From: an uncultured Spirochaetota bacterium
GTDB taxonomy: Bacteria > Spirochaetota > Spirochaetia > SZUA-6 > CAVTHK01
Assembly: GCA_963734495.1 (NCBI GenBank)
Contig: CAVTHK010000010.1
Coordinates: forward strand, 160,001-224,000
Direction of reading: 5' to 3'
DNA length: 64,000 bases
The notes below the pieces were generated by a model. It searched no databases and was not told the origin of the DNA. It saw nothing but the letters and a program-made list of their open reading frames with translations. Of this stretch, positions 1-10,945 are shown in pieces. A program made the position numbers and the translations under genes. Within the stretch, counting starts at the first letter, position 1, and the number at the start of each line of letters is the position of its first letter.

Positions 1-296
1 ATCGTGTGGATGGCGGCCTGGTCGAACGCGCTGACGGCCTCGCGCAGGAACGCCGCGCCCTCGCCGTCGCCCGCCTCGCCGAGCGCCTCGATCAGGGCGC
101 CGCGGACCTTGACCCGCAGCTCCTCGGTCGCCGCCTCCGTGAACGTCACGACCAGGATGCGGCTCACCTCCGTGCGCCGCTCGACCACCAGGCGCACCAC
201 CAGGCGCGCGAGGCTCCAGGTCTTCCCGGTTCCCGCGCTCGCCTCGACGAGATTCACTCCGATGAGGGGCGTCGACTCGACGTCGAAGGACTTCAC
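1..296 (-). CDS. recB: Exodeoxyribonuclease V beta subunit (RecB/UvrD-like helicase), N-terminal part; continues off the window
   Basis: GTG at 296 preceded by a GAGG/GGAG SD. Translates as (M)KSFDVESTPLIGVNLVEASAGTGKTWSLARLVVRLVVE...ILVVTFTEAATEELR...AIHTI, with Walker A and motif Ia of RecB. Overlaps the recC stop. Confidence 0.92.
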   Translation of the reverse strand, partial: MKSFDVESTPLIGVNLVEASAGTGKTWSLARLVVRLVVERRTEVSRILVVTFTEAATEELRVKVRGALIEALGEAGDGEGAAFLREAVSAFDQAAIHT

Positions 297-3200
297 TCCC
301 TCACCTCGCTCGCGAGCATCGGCTCGCAGACCGCCACGGCGAGCTCGCGGAAACGCCGCCCGAGCGGGTCGGCGCTCCCGAAGCACTGCCGGATCGACGG
401 CTCGTCCGCGTCGGCCCTGCCCCTGGTCCCACTCGCCGGGCTGCCACTTCTGCCTCGCCTTCTTCATCCCCTCCTCCTCGCTGCCGCCCGCGTGCACGGT
501 CTCGGCGAAGGCGAGGGAGGTCTCGGAAAAGAAGGCAAGGGGAAGGCGAAGGCCCTCCAGGTACCAGCGCACCAGGTCGTCGAGCGGGGCCGTGTCCGCC
601 GCGGGCGGCAGGCGCACGACGCAGTCGCTGGCCAGCAGGACGCTTGGGCCGCCCGCTGCCCGCGCGCGGAACGCGGCGAGGTGCCGGATCCAGAGCCCGA
701 GCCGGTCGAAGGCTTTCGCCGAAGCCAGGCGGTAGCGGAGCAGCCGCCCGTCCCAGAGATCCACGGTGCCGGCGAGCCGCGCGCCGCCCGCCTCCACGTC
801 GATCTTCGCGGCCTCGATGCTGCGCGGCCGCAGGGCCTCGCCGTGGGCCCCGACGAAGCGATCGACCGCCTGCTCGATGCCCGCCAGGTCCAGCTCGCCC
901 GCCGGCCCGTGCGGCAGGCTCCCGCGGCCGCGCAGCGCCGGCCGCGCGTCCGCGAGCGCTTCGCCGAGCCTCCAGCGCTCGAGGAGCTCGTTCTGCATGA
1001 GGTAGCGCTCGAGGCCGTCGACCTCGAAGGGCTCGCGCGACTCGATCTCGATCGCGCGGTCCCGCAGGACGATCTCGAGCCTGTGGCGCAGCAGGAAGCG
1101 CGCCGGGTTCCGGTAGAAGTCGACGAGGTCCTCGAGACGGATCCCGTCGGCGTCGATCTCCGCCGGCGGCAGCGGCTCGCTCAGGAAGAGCCCGCGCACG
1201 CCGCCCGCCGCGCGCACCGCTTCGCGGCTGCCGTCGAGCGCCTCCCGGGAGTAGCTCCAGAGCCGCTCGTCCCGGCCGTCGAAGTAGCGCGGGCTCCAGG
1301 CATGGAGCGGGTGCTCGAGCGGCAGGGGATGGGGGAGATCGAAGCGGCGGCGCAGGTCGTCGAGCAGCTCGCTCACGACGACCGACGGCGCCATCGCGCT
1401 CCCGTCGTCGGGGCTCCGGCCGACGAAGCTCAGGTACAGCACGTCGCGCGCGGACACGATCGTCTCGAGAAACAGGTAGCGGTCGTCGTTGCGCCGTGAG
1501 CGGTCGCCAGGCCTGGGATCGCTCGCCATGAGGTCGAAGCCCGCCGGGGAATCCGCGCGGGGGAACGCCCCGAAGTTCATCCCGAGGAGGCAGATCACGC
1601 GGAACGGGATGGAGCGCATCGGGAGCAGGGAGCAGAACGTCACCCCTTCGGTGAGGAACCCGAGGCCCGGGCTGGCCTGGTCCAGCCGCGTGGAGAGGAC
1701 CGAAGCGATCACCTCGACCGGCACCGGCGCCTCGAAGCCGGATTGCCTGCCGCACTCCGCCAGCCGGGCGATCTCGGCGGCCAGGGCCCGGGTCTCGGGC
1801 CCTTCGGCGAAGAGCTCGGCGAGCAGACCTTGGAGCGTGACGCTCCAGGCGGAAAGGGGCCGCGGCTCGCCGAGCGCGTCGACCGCCGCGATGAGGCGCT
1901 CGACGAAGTCGACGAATACGGAGAGGGTCTCGCGCTCTCCCGCCGCAAGAGGAAGGACGCCGGCGAACACGCGGTCGTCCTCGAGCGCGGTCCCCAGCAC
2001 GAGCCTCCGCAGCCCGAAGCGCCAGGTGTTCTCGATGCGGGCGGGCAACCCGAGCCGCGCGCGGTCCCCGGCGTCGATCCCCCACCTGATCCCCGACTCC
2101 ACGACCCACTGGCGGATCCTCCCGAGGTCTCCTTCGGCGAGGCCGAGCTTCTCGCGGACCGGCTCCGACTCGAGGATGTCGAGGACCTCCGGCGCGGCGA
2201 AGCGCAGCCGCGGCAGCCCCAGGACGGACAGGAACGTGTTGGCGAGCGAGCTGGCCCTGGTCAGCTTGCGGTCCGAGACGTTGTAGGGCACCGGAGGCTC
2301 GGCGCCGCGGCGGAAGACCGCCTCGATGTACGGCACGTAGGTCTCGATCTCGGGCGCCATGACCACCACCTGCTCGGGCAGCAGCGTCGGGTCGGCGTCG
2401 AACAGCGCCAGCAGGCGGTCGCGGAGCACCTCGATCTCGCGCATCGGCCCGTGGCAGCTGTGGACCTGCAGGGAGCGGTCGTCGCGCTCGATGCGGGCGC
2501 GCCCGCCCTCCGGCGGCGGCTCGTTGTCCAGGATCGCGCTCTGCACGCGCGCGAGCAGCGTGCCGGCCCCTGGCTCGGTGAACGCTTCGTCTTCCTCCCG
2601 CGGCTCGACGTCGAGCAGCATCCCGAAGACCTCGGCGCCGAGGCCGCCGAGCGACGCGAGCAGGCCGTTGCCCGTGCTCGAGGGCAGCGGCTCCCAGAGC
2701 TCCTTCTGGCGGGCGGTCTCGGCCTCCGCCCTCTGCAGCCGCAGGAACCGGCGGTCCGACATCTGCTCGAACCAGAACTGGCGGCAGGGGTTCAGGAGGA
2801 AGAGGTTGACCTCGACGTGACCCGCCAGCGCCGCCAGCGCCTCCAGGTGCAAGGGCGGCAGCGCCGCGATCCCGAAGACCGAGACGCGCTCCGGCAGCGG
2901 CCCGCCGGCGTCGCCGCCCGGCTCGCCCCGCCGCAGCGCCTCCAGGAACCGCAGCCGGACGGCGGCCCGGTCGACGCCCATTCCCTCGTCCCAGAGCCTG
3001 CGCAGGAGCGTCATCTGCCAGTCGCGGTCGGGGCCCGGGCGGCCCGCCGGCCTCGCCCTTCTCCATTCCTCGATCCAGTCCGGCCTGTAGACCAGGTACT
3101 GGTCGAGGAGATCGGTGATCCTGCCCGCGAGCTGCCAGCGCTTGAGGCCCGCCGCGCTCTCGCTCTCGAGGTAGGCGCGGAGCGACGCGAACTCGCCGCG

Positions 3201-3512
3201 GTCGAGCAACTCCGGCAGGAGCCGCTGGATGCGCCAGACCAGCACCTCCGGCTTCCACGCCTCCGCCGGCGACTCGCCGAGGTAGTCGTGGAAGAGCCCG
3301 TCGAGAAAGACGTTGGGAAGGGGGAAGTAGGCGTTGGCCCAGATCCCCAGGCGCTTCGCGAGGGCCAGCGTGACCCAGCGCTCCATCCCGGGGTTCCGAA
3401 CGACGATCGTCTCGCGCGCGAGCGGCGAGCGGAGCGGCCGCGCCGCCACGGCCGCGAGCCGGTCCGCCAGCGCCTCGAGTCGATTCGAAGTAGTCACGCG
3501 CAGCGCCTGCAT
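293..3512 (-). CDS. recC: Exodeoxyribonuclease V gamma subunit (RecC); one frameshift near 420
   Basis: My translation from ATG 3512: MQALRVTTSNRLEALAD...GVTFCSLLPMRSIPFRVICLLGMNFGAFPR...DRSRRNDDRYLFLETIVSARDVLYLSFVG...HPLHAWSPRYFDG. The genuine C-terminus (..RRFRELAVAVCEPMLASEVRE*) lies in another frame after ~420. Confidence 0.9.
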
Positions 3513-3636
3513 CCCGCCCCCGCTCGACGAGGACAACCTTGACCGGAACGGCGCGGAAATGCAACAGCAAGCCGTCCGGCCCGAGTGGCCCGTGCGCGTC
3601 GATCGCGTTAGCTTATTTTCGGTCGCGGAGGTAAAG

Positions 3637-4140
3637 GTGGCAAATGCGAACAGGCGCTCGGCGCTTCACGTCGGCTTCGAGCTGGCGATTCTGCTGAAAG
3701 GCCTCCACGCCGCTCTCGAGGTGGTGGGGGGCGTGCTGCTGGTCTTTCTCCGCCCCGACACCCTGAGCCGATGGGTCAGGCTTCTCACGCAAAATGAGCT
3801 CATCGAGGATCCCAACGACCCGATCGCCAACATGGTGGTGCGAGCGGGCGCCCACTACACGGTCACCTCCCAGCACTTCGGCATTTTCTACCTGCTGTCT
3901 CACGGCCTGGTGAAGATCGTCCTGGTCCTCCTCCTCTGGCGATCGAAGCTCTGGGCCTACCCTCTGGCGGTCGTCGTTCTCGCCGTCTTTGTCGGCTATC
4001 AGATCCTGAGATGGACGTCGACCCATTCCTGGTTCCTGATCGCCCTGTCCGCGCTCGACGCGGTGATCGTCTGGCTCACCTTGTCGGAGTACCAGAGGTT
4101 GAAGGCGGAGCGCCTGACGCGGGGCACGCTTGCCGCTTGA
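3637..4140 (+). CDS. DUF2127-like predicted membrane protein
   Basis: GGAGG SD at 3627-3631 and GTG start. Motifs LLKGLHAALEVVGG and YLLSHGLVKIVLV..LWAYP; several hydrophobic helices. Confidence 0.75.
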   Translation: MANANRRSALHVGFELAILLKGLHAALEVVGGVLLVFLRPDTLSRWVRLLTQNELIEDPNDPIANMVVRAGAHYTVTSQHFGIFYLLSHGLVKIVLVLLLWRSKLWAYPLAVVVLAVFVGYQILRWTSTHSWFLIALSALDAVIVWLTLSEYQRLKAERLTRGTLAA

Positions 4141-4150
4141 TGCCGCGCGC

Positions 4151-4180
4151 TTGACGGCCGCCGCGGGCGTCCGGGATAAT
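4151..4180 (+). promoter_or_regulatory. Sigma70-type promoter of the methyltransferase pair
   Basis: TTGACG (4151-4156), 18 nt spacer, GATAAT (4175-4180), 11 nt before the GTG at 4192. Confidence 0.55.
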
Positions 4181-4191
4181 CCGGGCGTCCC

Positions 4192-5232
4192 GTGAATGAT
4201 TCGTACGTGGCAATCCACAACCGGAAGTATCTCGGCTCCAAGCACCGCCTGCTGGCCTTTCTCGAGCACGCCATCCTCTCGCGCTGCCCGCCGCCCATCG
4301 GCCGCTTCGTCGACCCGTTCTCGGGAACGGGCGTGGTGGCCGACCGCTTTCGCGAGCACGCGCGCGAGGTCGTGGCCAACGACCTGCTGTACAGCAACTA
4401 CGTGACGAACCGCGCCTTTCTCGCCACCACGGCGGCCGAGTGCGACCCGGCCCGGGTGGCGGTGCTGCTCCGCGACCTCGACCGCCTCCCGCCGCTGCAA
4501 GGCTACGTCACCGAAAGCTACGGCGGCCTGTACTTCACGCGCGAGAACGCGGCGCTCATAGACGCCAGGCGCGAGGCGATCGCGGCGGAGGCGCTGGGCG
4601 AGGCCGAGAAGGCGCTGGCGCTCACGAGCCTGCTCTACGCGGCGGACAAGGTCGCGAATACCGCCGGCCAGTACGACGCGTACCTCAAGAGCCTTGGGTC
4701 CCCGAGCTACGACGAGAGCGGAAGACATCGCGTGGACGCGAGCGCGTACGGCAGGCTGAGGATGCGGATGCCGCTCCTGCGCGCCTGCCGCGTGTGCGAG
4801 GTCACCAACCGCGACGCCCTCGACGTGGTGCGCGCCGTGGAAGCCGACGTGCTCTACCTCGACCCGCCGTACAACAGCCGCCAGTATTCCGATCTCTACC
4901 ACGTGCTCGAGAACATCGCCGTCTGGCGCAAGCCGCCGCTGCGGGGCAAGACCCGCAAGTTCGACCGGGCTCACCTCCGCAGCCGCTTCTCCGCGCGGAC
5001 CACGTGCCGGACGGCTCTGCGGGAGCTGATCCTCGGCGCGCGGGCCCGCGCCATCTTTCTCAGCTACAACTCCGAAGGGCTGATCCCGCGCGAGGAGATC
5101 GTCGCGATGCTCCAGGCCCGGGGCCCCGTCGAGGTGCTCGAGACCGACTACGCCGTCTTCGGCAACGGAGCGGGCCGCTCGGTGAAGCGCCGCGTTCTCG
5201 AGCGCGTCTACTATTGCCAGGTGCAGCGCTGA
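4192..5232 (+). CDS. N6-adenine DNA methyltransferase (D12 class)
   Basis: N-terminal RKYLGSK, motif I FVDPFSGTGVV, catalytic motif IV YLDPPY, LSYNSEG. Confidence 0.88.
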   Translation: MNDSYVAIHNRKYLGSKHRLLAFLEHAILSRCPPPIGRFVDPFSGTGVVADRFREHAREVVANDLLYSNYVTNRAFLATTAAECDPARVAVLLRDLDRLPPLQGYVTESYGGLYFTRENAALIDARREAIAAEALGEAEKALALTSLLYAADKVANTAGQYDAYLKSLGSPSYDESGRHRVDASAYGRLRMRMPLLRACRVCEVTNRDALDVVRAVEADVLYLDPPYNSRQYSDLYHVLENIAVWRKPPLRGKTRKFDRAHLRSRFSARTTCRTALRELILGARARAIFLSYNSEGLIPREEIVAMLQARGPVEVLETDYAVFGNGAGRSVKRRVLERVYYCQVQR

Positions 5233-6147
5233 TGGCCGGCCGCAAGGTGGAGCTTTTCGATGATCAGGGCGCGACCCGCGGGTTCTACTCCGAGGACAAC
5301 CACCTCAACGACCTCACAGGGCGGGAGTGGGTCTACTGGACCAAGAGCGTCATCACGAACCCCTACCCCTCCAATCTGCAGCACAAGCTGCGCTCGCGCC
5401 ACGGCGGGCAGAAGCCGCCGGAGCTCTGCGCCGACCTGATCCGCGTCTTCACGAAGAAGGGGGAAAGCGTCTTCGATCCCCTCGCGGGCGTCGGAGGCAC
5501 GCTGCTCGGCGCGTCGCTCGCCGGCCGCCTCGCCACCGGCGTCGAGATCAACCCCGAGTGGGTGGGCATCTACCGCGACGTGTGCCGCCTGGAGGGCATC
5601 GCGGAGCAGCGCATGCTGACCGGGGACGCGCGGGCCGCTGCAGGAGGAGCTCGCCCGCGAAGGGTTCGGTGCGGACTTCGTGCTGACCGACGTCCCGTAC
5701 TGGCGCATGGACAGGGCGCCGCGCAGCCCCGGCAAGTTCAAGCGCGTCGGCGAGACCGCCCGGGAGCCGCGCAGAAGCCGGCTTTCCGCCTTCGGCCCGC
5801 AAGACTACGCGAGCAAGGCCGAATGGATCGAGCAGCTCACCGCGATTTTCGAGGGGACCGCGCGGCTGCTCCGGCCCGGGCGGTACGCCGCCGTCTTCAT
5901 CGGCGACATGTACTGCGCCGGCGAATACCACATGCTCTCGGCCGATCTGGCCCGGGCGCTCTGCGGGCTCGGGCTGACGCTCAAGGCGAACCTGATCTGG
6001 TACGACGTGAGCAAGTCGCTGCACGTCTACGGCTACAAGTACGACTACATCCCGTCGCTGATCCACCAGAACATCCTGGTGCTGCGCAAAGACCCGGACC
6101 GAGGCTCTCCGACCGCCGGCCTTGCGCGCACGCTTGCTCGGGAGTGA
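5232..6147 (+). CDS. Second SAM-dependent amino-(N4/N6) DNA methyltransferase-like protein; frameshift near 5630
   Basis: ATG overlaps the upstream stop (TGATG). Contains LNDLTGREWVYWTKS, KPPELCADLI, FDPLAGVGGTL (motif I); after the frameshift DFVLTDVPY (motif IV variant) ...IWYD...NILVLRK. Confidence 0.75.
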
Positions 6148-7429
6148 TGCCGCCGATGATCGCCTTATTGATGTACGTCCCGCAGATGCCCATGAGATCG
6201 AGGATGTAGGGCGTCGGGGAGATGTACTTGACCCCTCTTGCCGCGAGTTGTCCCGCCTTGTCGAGCGCGGCGAGCTGAGCGGGGTAAGACGGATTCCTGG
6301 CGATCAGGTCCTTGTCCGCATAGGCTGAGGTCCTCGTCGCCACGCCGCCGTTCATCATGTACTCCTTCATCTTCGCGCGCGAGCACATGTAGGCGATGAA
6401 GTCCCAGGCCTCGCTCTTGTTCTTCGCCTCGTAGGGGATGCCCATGTTCCAGCCCGCGATGGTAGCGGCGGCACCCGCCGGGCCGTCGGGGGTCGGCACG
6501 TAGTCGATCCTGTCCCACACCAGGCATTTCTTCTTGTCTTCCATCCAGGCAACGAGGGCGGTGGCATCGAGCCACATCGCGACCTTGCCCTGCATGAACG
6601 CCGCGCCCGCTTCCTCGTGCGTGTAGGTGCTGATGTCCGGGGGGCCCTGCCGCATCAGGTCCACGTAGAACTTGACCGAAGCCAGCGCCCCCGGGGTGTT
6701 GAACGTGGGTTTCAAGGTCTTGTGGTCGACGATCGGGTCATCGGTAAAGTTGTACGCGATGGACATCCATGCCGTCCCGCACATTCTCCCGGAGGCGGCT
6801 CGCATGGCCACGCCGTACAGACCAGGCTCTCTCCCGTTGAAGAATTTCGCCAGTGCCAGGTACTCATCCATCGTCTTCGGCGGCTTCTTGTCGTATTTCT
6901 GGAAGAGATCGGTGCGGTACCCGATGAAGCGGCTTTCCCCCGCGATGGGTATGGCCACCGGTGTGGAACCCACCATGGAGATCCCGTCCCGGTAACCGAG
7001 AAGGATGTCCTCGTAGTCGAACCACTTCGGGGTCCGCAGAGGATCCTTGAGATATCCCGAGAGGTCGATGATGAACTTCCTGTTGTAGAAGTCTGCGACG
7101 GAGAACCCGTCCACCATATAGACATCGAAGTTCCCCGCCCTGCTGCTGGATTCCAGCAGCTGCACGTTCTTGATCGTGCCGTCCGTGATCAGCTTCCAGT
7201 TCGTCTTGATGCCCGTCAACCGCGTGAACTCATCCGTCATCTTCCGGATGGCATCGGTCGACGGATGGGACGCAAACAGCAGGTTGATCGTCTTGCCGTT
7301 CGATCGCGCCTTTACCGTCTCCGCCCACTTCTCCACCGTCGAAACGTCCGTTGCCTGCCCCAGGGCGGAGAACGGGACGACGATCAGGAGCGCGCAGATC
7401 AGGACCAGGCCCTTCCTCAGTCTCTCCAT
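5981..7429 (-). CDS. Sugar ABC transporter extracellular solute-binding protein (orphan; aberrant C-terminus)
   Basis: GGAGG SD and signal peptide MERLRKGLVLICALLIVVPFSALG. Family-1 SBP features YRTDLF..PPKT.DE, AFMQGKVAMW, AWDFI, ITPEQA. Confidence 0.85.
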   Translation of the reverse strand: MERLRKGLVLICALLIVVPFSALGQATDVSTVEKWAETVKARSNGKTINLLFASHPSTDAIRKMTDEFTRLTGIKTNWKLITDGTIKNVQLLESSSRAGNFDVYMVDGFSVADFYNRKFIIDLSGYLKDPLRTPKWFDYEDILLGYRDGISMVGSTPVAIPIAGESRFIGYRTDLFQKYDKKPPKTMDEYLALAKFFNGREPGLYGVAMRAASGRMCGTAWMSIAYNFTDDPIVDHKTLKPTFNTPGALASVKFYVDLMRQGPPDISTYTHEEAGAAFMQGKVAMWLDATALVAWMEDKKKCLVWDRIDYVPTPDGPAGAAATIAGWNMGIPYEAKNKSEAWDFIAYMCSRAKMKEYMMNGGVATRTSAYADKDLIARNPSYPAQLAALDKAGQLAARGVKYISPTPYILDLMGICGTYINKAIIGGITPEQACAQGRRSESLGPGLCAAPGCSGGSATGCSRTCSRRRAATCSRRTRSGSP

Positions 7430-7455
7430 TTTCCTGCCTCCCTTTGCGAAGATGC

Positions 7456-7472
7456 CCTGTCGTACCGACAGG
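7456..7472. promoter_or_regulatory. Palindromic operator-like site in the SBP leader
   Basis: Perfect inverted repeat CCTGTCG-TAC-CGACAGG between the promoter and SD of the SBP gene. Confidence 0.45.
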
Positions 7473-7535
7473 TGTGAACCTGCGACGCACAGGCCGCGGA
7501 CCCCTCGCTCGACAGCCTCGCGGCGCATCTGGAGC

Positions 7536-7564
7536 AGGTTAGTCCCGGACCCGGTAGCTGTCAA
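7536..7564 (-). promoter_or_regulatory. Sigma70-type promoter for the SBP gene
   Basis: On the minus strand: TTGACA (7564-7559), 17 nt spacer, TAACCT (7541-7536). Confidence 0.65.
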
Positions 7565-7681
7565 TGAAGAATTCGATCTCTCGAAATTGCACGCGATTTC
7601 ATCCCGGTCGCCGGGGGCGAAACAGCTGCGGCGAAAGCCCCCCGGCCGTGAAGCACCGCGCTCGCCGAGCGCGTTTCATAA

Positions 7682-9201
7682 GTGGTGGAATGGGTCGATC
7701 CCGTCGAAGAGACCGCCCGCCGCGTCTGGGGCGTGGCGGGCCTGTACCCGATCCAGCGGTTCGTGATCGCGAACACGCTCGAGGGATGCGGCCAGATCGT
7801 GGTCCTCCCGACCGGCTCGGGCAAGTCGCTCTGCTGGCAGGTGCCGCTCGCCTCGCTCCCTGGCCCGACGCTGGTGGTCGTGCCGCTGCTCGCGCTGCTG
7901 GCGGACCAGATGCGGAGGCTCGAGGCCGCTTCGGTGCCCGCGGTGGTGCTCAAGGGCGGCATGGCGCCCCGCGATCGCGAGGCCGCTCTGACCGCGCTCG
8001 TTTCCGGCGAGGCGCGGGTGCTCTTCTCCACGCCCGAGTTCCTCGCGACGGCCTGGGCGCGGCGGCGGCTTCCGGTGCTGCCGCTCGCGCATCTCGTCAT
8101 CGACGAGGCGCACTGCATCTCGGAATGGGGGCCGAGCTTCCGGCCGGCATACCTTCAACTTGGCGAATTCGTGAAGCGGGCGAGGCCGCGCGTGGTCAGC
8201 GCGTTCACCGCCACGGCCTCCCGGCGCGTGCTCCGCGCGATCGCGGACGCGCTGTTCGCCGACTCCCCGCCGCGCCTGGTGGTCGCGGACGCGGACCGGC
8301 CGGGCATCTTCTACCGCGTGGTGCCGTCGCTCCACGTGCCGCGGGACGCGGCCAGGCTGCTGGCGGGGCGCGCGGGGGCGGCGCTGGTCTTTGGCCGCAC
8401 GCGCCGGGAGGTCGAGCGCCTCGCGCGGCAGCTGGCGCTGCGGCTCGCCGGCCGCGAGGTCCGCTTCTACCACGCCGGCCTGACGCGGGAGGAGCGGGCT
8501 GAGACCGAGGCCTGGTTCCTGCGCCAGTCGGCGGGGGTGCTGGTGGCGACGTCGGCGTACGGCCTCGGCGTCGACAAGCCGGACATCAGGACCGTTCTTC
8601 ACGCGGGCGCCCCGCTTTCCGTCGAGGCGTACCTGCAGGAATCCGGACGCGCGGGACGCGACGGGCGGCCGGCGGAGGCGATCCTCGTGCAGCCGCTTCG
8701 CCGCGGGGCCATGCTCTCGCCGGCCGGCGGCCCGGAGCGGGCCCGCGAGGAGGCGATCCTCCGCTACGCGACCGCCCAGAAGCCGGCCTGCAGGCGGGCG
8801 CACCTGCTCGGCTTGCTGGGCCAGCCCGCGCCGCCGTGCGCCGGCTGCGACGTCTGCCGGGGCACCGTCGTCGCGGCGCCCGGCGGCATGCGCCAGATCC
8901 TCGCGCACGTGATCCGTCACCGGCGGCGCTACACGCTGCGCGAGACGGCCCTCCTGCTCGCGGGGCGGCCTCGCGGGCGCCCCGCGCTGCCGGGGTGGAC
9001 CGTCGACGACATCCTCGGGGCCGTGGCGTCGCTTGCCGCGGTCGGGATCATCCGAAGGACGCGCGGCCCTCTGTGGAGGCACCGGCTCACCATTGGGCGA
9101 GCATGCGGCCCGCGCACGCGGCGGCCCCGCGGCACGGTCGCCGCCCGGCTCGCCTGCCTCGCGTGGCTTTTCCGATTTCGCCGTGTTATCATCTTTCTTG
9201 A
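7682..9201 (+). CDS. recQ: RecQ-family ATP-dependent DNA helicase (short form, no HRDC evident); true stop uncertain, ORF reads through into the next gene
   Basis: LPTGSGKSLCWQ, VVVPLLALLADQ, VIDEAHCISEWG.SFRPAY, TATA, FYHAGL, ATSAYGLGVDKPDIR, YLQESGRAGRDG, and Zn site CRR...CAGCDVC. Confidence 0.85.
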
Positions 9202-9202
9202 G

Positions 9203-10939
9203 ATGAGAAGGACTCTCCGGGCCGCCGCCGGACTGGCTGCAGGGGTTTTGCTGGGCGCCTGTGGGAGCTCGTCCTTACTGAACCCCGACGTCGAGCCCGA
9301 GATCACCATCAAGTCCGCCTCCAACGGCCAGACGGTCGCGGCGAGCCAGCCGATCGTCTTCGCCGTGACGGGCGGACATTCGCCGGAGCCCGATCGGGTC
9401 GTCGTGAGCATCGAGACGGCGGACGGGGCGCGGGCGGGCGGGACCGCGGTCGACGCACCCGACCTCAACCGCGACCTTTCGGTCGACCTCGCTCCTCTCG
9501 CGGGACGCGTGGGGCAGTACAGCGCCCGCTTCTCCCTCATTTCGGGCGGGACCGTCATCCAGGAAAAGTCGCTCGTCTTCTTCATAGGCCTCGCGGGCAC
9601 CAGCATCAACGGCATCGAGTCGCGGCCTTCGCTCATCTACACCGGGTCGTCGGTGGAGCTCTCGGTCGAGCTCGCGGCCGCCGCAGGCGCGGACCCGTTC
9701 CTTCGCTGGACCGAGAACGGCAAGCCGTTCGGCGGGGGGCTGGCCTCCCAGGGGGGGGCGCGTGTGAGCTGGAAGGCGCCGCGGGACCCCGGAGTCTACT
9801 CGATCGGCGTCGAGCTCTTCCCCGTGGCCCCTGCCGAAGGGCTCGGTTTCCGCTATTCCTCCTCGACCCGGACCAGCACCGAGCTGTACGTGTCGCCTCT
9901 CAGGCAGGGCCGGTCGCTCGGTCCCGCGGCCTCCTACTGGATGCTGTACGATCTCGACGGGTCGCTGAGCGACGCCGCGCAGGGCGGCGTGAGTGCCGAG
10001 GCGATCGGGACCGTCGAGCCTGCCGCCTCGGGCGACAACCTGGGGTACAGTCTCATCGCTCCGTCCGGGCTGCGCATCGCCCGCTCGATCATTCCCGAGT
10101 CGGGTCCCCAGCTCCAGGGCCTGACCGTTTCCATCGGCCTCACCCTCGCCGAGACCAGGCCGGGCGCGCGTCTGGTCGTATCGGGCGCGGACCAGCGCAC
10201 GATCACCGTCAGCGTCGCGTCCGACGGCTCGCCCGTGGCTCTCTTCCATTCCGAGTCCCGGGACGTCACCGTGCATTCGGGCCTGGCGCCCCTTCTCTCC
10301 GCGGATCGTCACGAGATCGACCTGACCCTGATGAGGACCGCCGACGGCATCGCGGCGATCTGGTTCCTGGATGGCGAGCCCGGCAGCGTGACGCAGCTCG
10401 GACAGGACCCGCCGCTCCCCGCGCCCGGCACGGGCCAGACTTCGATCGGCGGCCCCGGAGGGATCAGCGGGATCGTGGATGAGTTCGGCGTCTTCTACCG
10501 CGATGCGGACGGCAGGCCGGGGCCGGACCCCGACGTGTACCTGCGCGGGATGAGCCTCCGCTACGGCGACGCACTCCTGCTCGCCGACGGCTTCGACGGC
10601 GCGCGGATCAAGACGACCTGGCGCGTCGAAGGCACCGCCTCCGTCGACCTCGGCAACCTGCGGCTCGCCCCCGGCTCCTCCGTGGAGACCGGGATGCAGA
10701 AACCGGCCAGCGGCGAAATCGTGCTCGAAACCGTGGCCGACCGCCCTCTGGCCGCTGCGTGGCAGGGTCGGACCCTGCGGCTGACTCCGGCCGGGAGCAG
10801 GGGAACCGAGGAGCGGACCAGGCTGCGGCTCCGCCCCCCCGAAGGCGAAGCCGGCGCGTCAGGCGACTACCGCTTCGTCCTCGCCAACGGCGGGGATGGA
10901 CCTCTTTCCGTCGCGAGCCTGCTGGCCTACGCGGACTGA
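9203..10939 (+). CDS. Predicted lipoprotein with Ig-like and LamG/concanavalin-like domains
   Basis: Internal ATG 9203 starts a classic lipoprotein signal MRRTLRAAAGLAAGVLLGAC. Beta-rich body with WFLDGE and G.VDEFGVF, reminiscent of LamG-like folds. Extended -10 TGtTATCAT at 9184-9192. Confidence 0.65.
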   Translation: MRRTLRAAAGLAAGVLLGACGSSSLLNPDVEPEITIKSASNGQTVAASQPIVFAVTGGHSPEPDRVVVSIETADGARAGGTAVDAPDLNRDLSVDLAPLAGRVGQYSARFSLISGGTVIQEKSLVFFIGLAGTSINGIESRPSLIYTGSSVELSVELAAAAGADPFLRWTENGKPFGGGLASQGGARVSWKAPRDPGVYSIGVELFPVAPAEGLGFRYSSSTRTSTELYVSPLRQGRSLGPAASYWMLYDLDGSLSDAAQGGVSAEAIGTVEPAASGDNLGYSLIAPSGLRIARSIIPESGPQLQGLTVSIGLTLAETRPGARLVVSGADQRTITVSVASDGSPVALFHSESRDVTVHSGLAPLLSADRHEIDLTLMRTADGIAAIWFLDGEPGSVTQLGQDPPLPAPGTGQTSIGGPGGISGIVDEFGVFYRDADGRPGPDPDVYLRGMSLRYGDALLLADGFDGARIKTTWRVEGTASVDLGNLRLAPGSSVETGMQKPASGEIVLETVADRPLAAAWQGRTLRLTPAGSRGTEERTRLRLRPPEGEAGASGDYRFVLANGGDGPLSVASLLAYAD

Positions 10940-10945
10940 CCCGAC

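Noticed and set aside
1-3512. Apparent RecC-RecB fusion (the recC frame runs without a stop into recB)
   Set aside because: The true RecC C-terminus and stop are in another frame after a G-run near 420, and recB has its own SD and GTG. A one-base indel explains it.
7682-10939. 1085-aa RecQ-lipoprotein fusion in the ORF track
   Set aside because: An internal promoter-like box and a complete lipoprotein signal occur at 9203, and the linker is Arg-rich and non-protein-like. A lost stop or indel is more plausible than an exported helicase.
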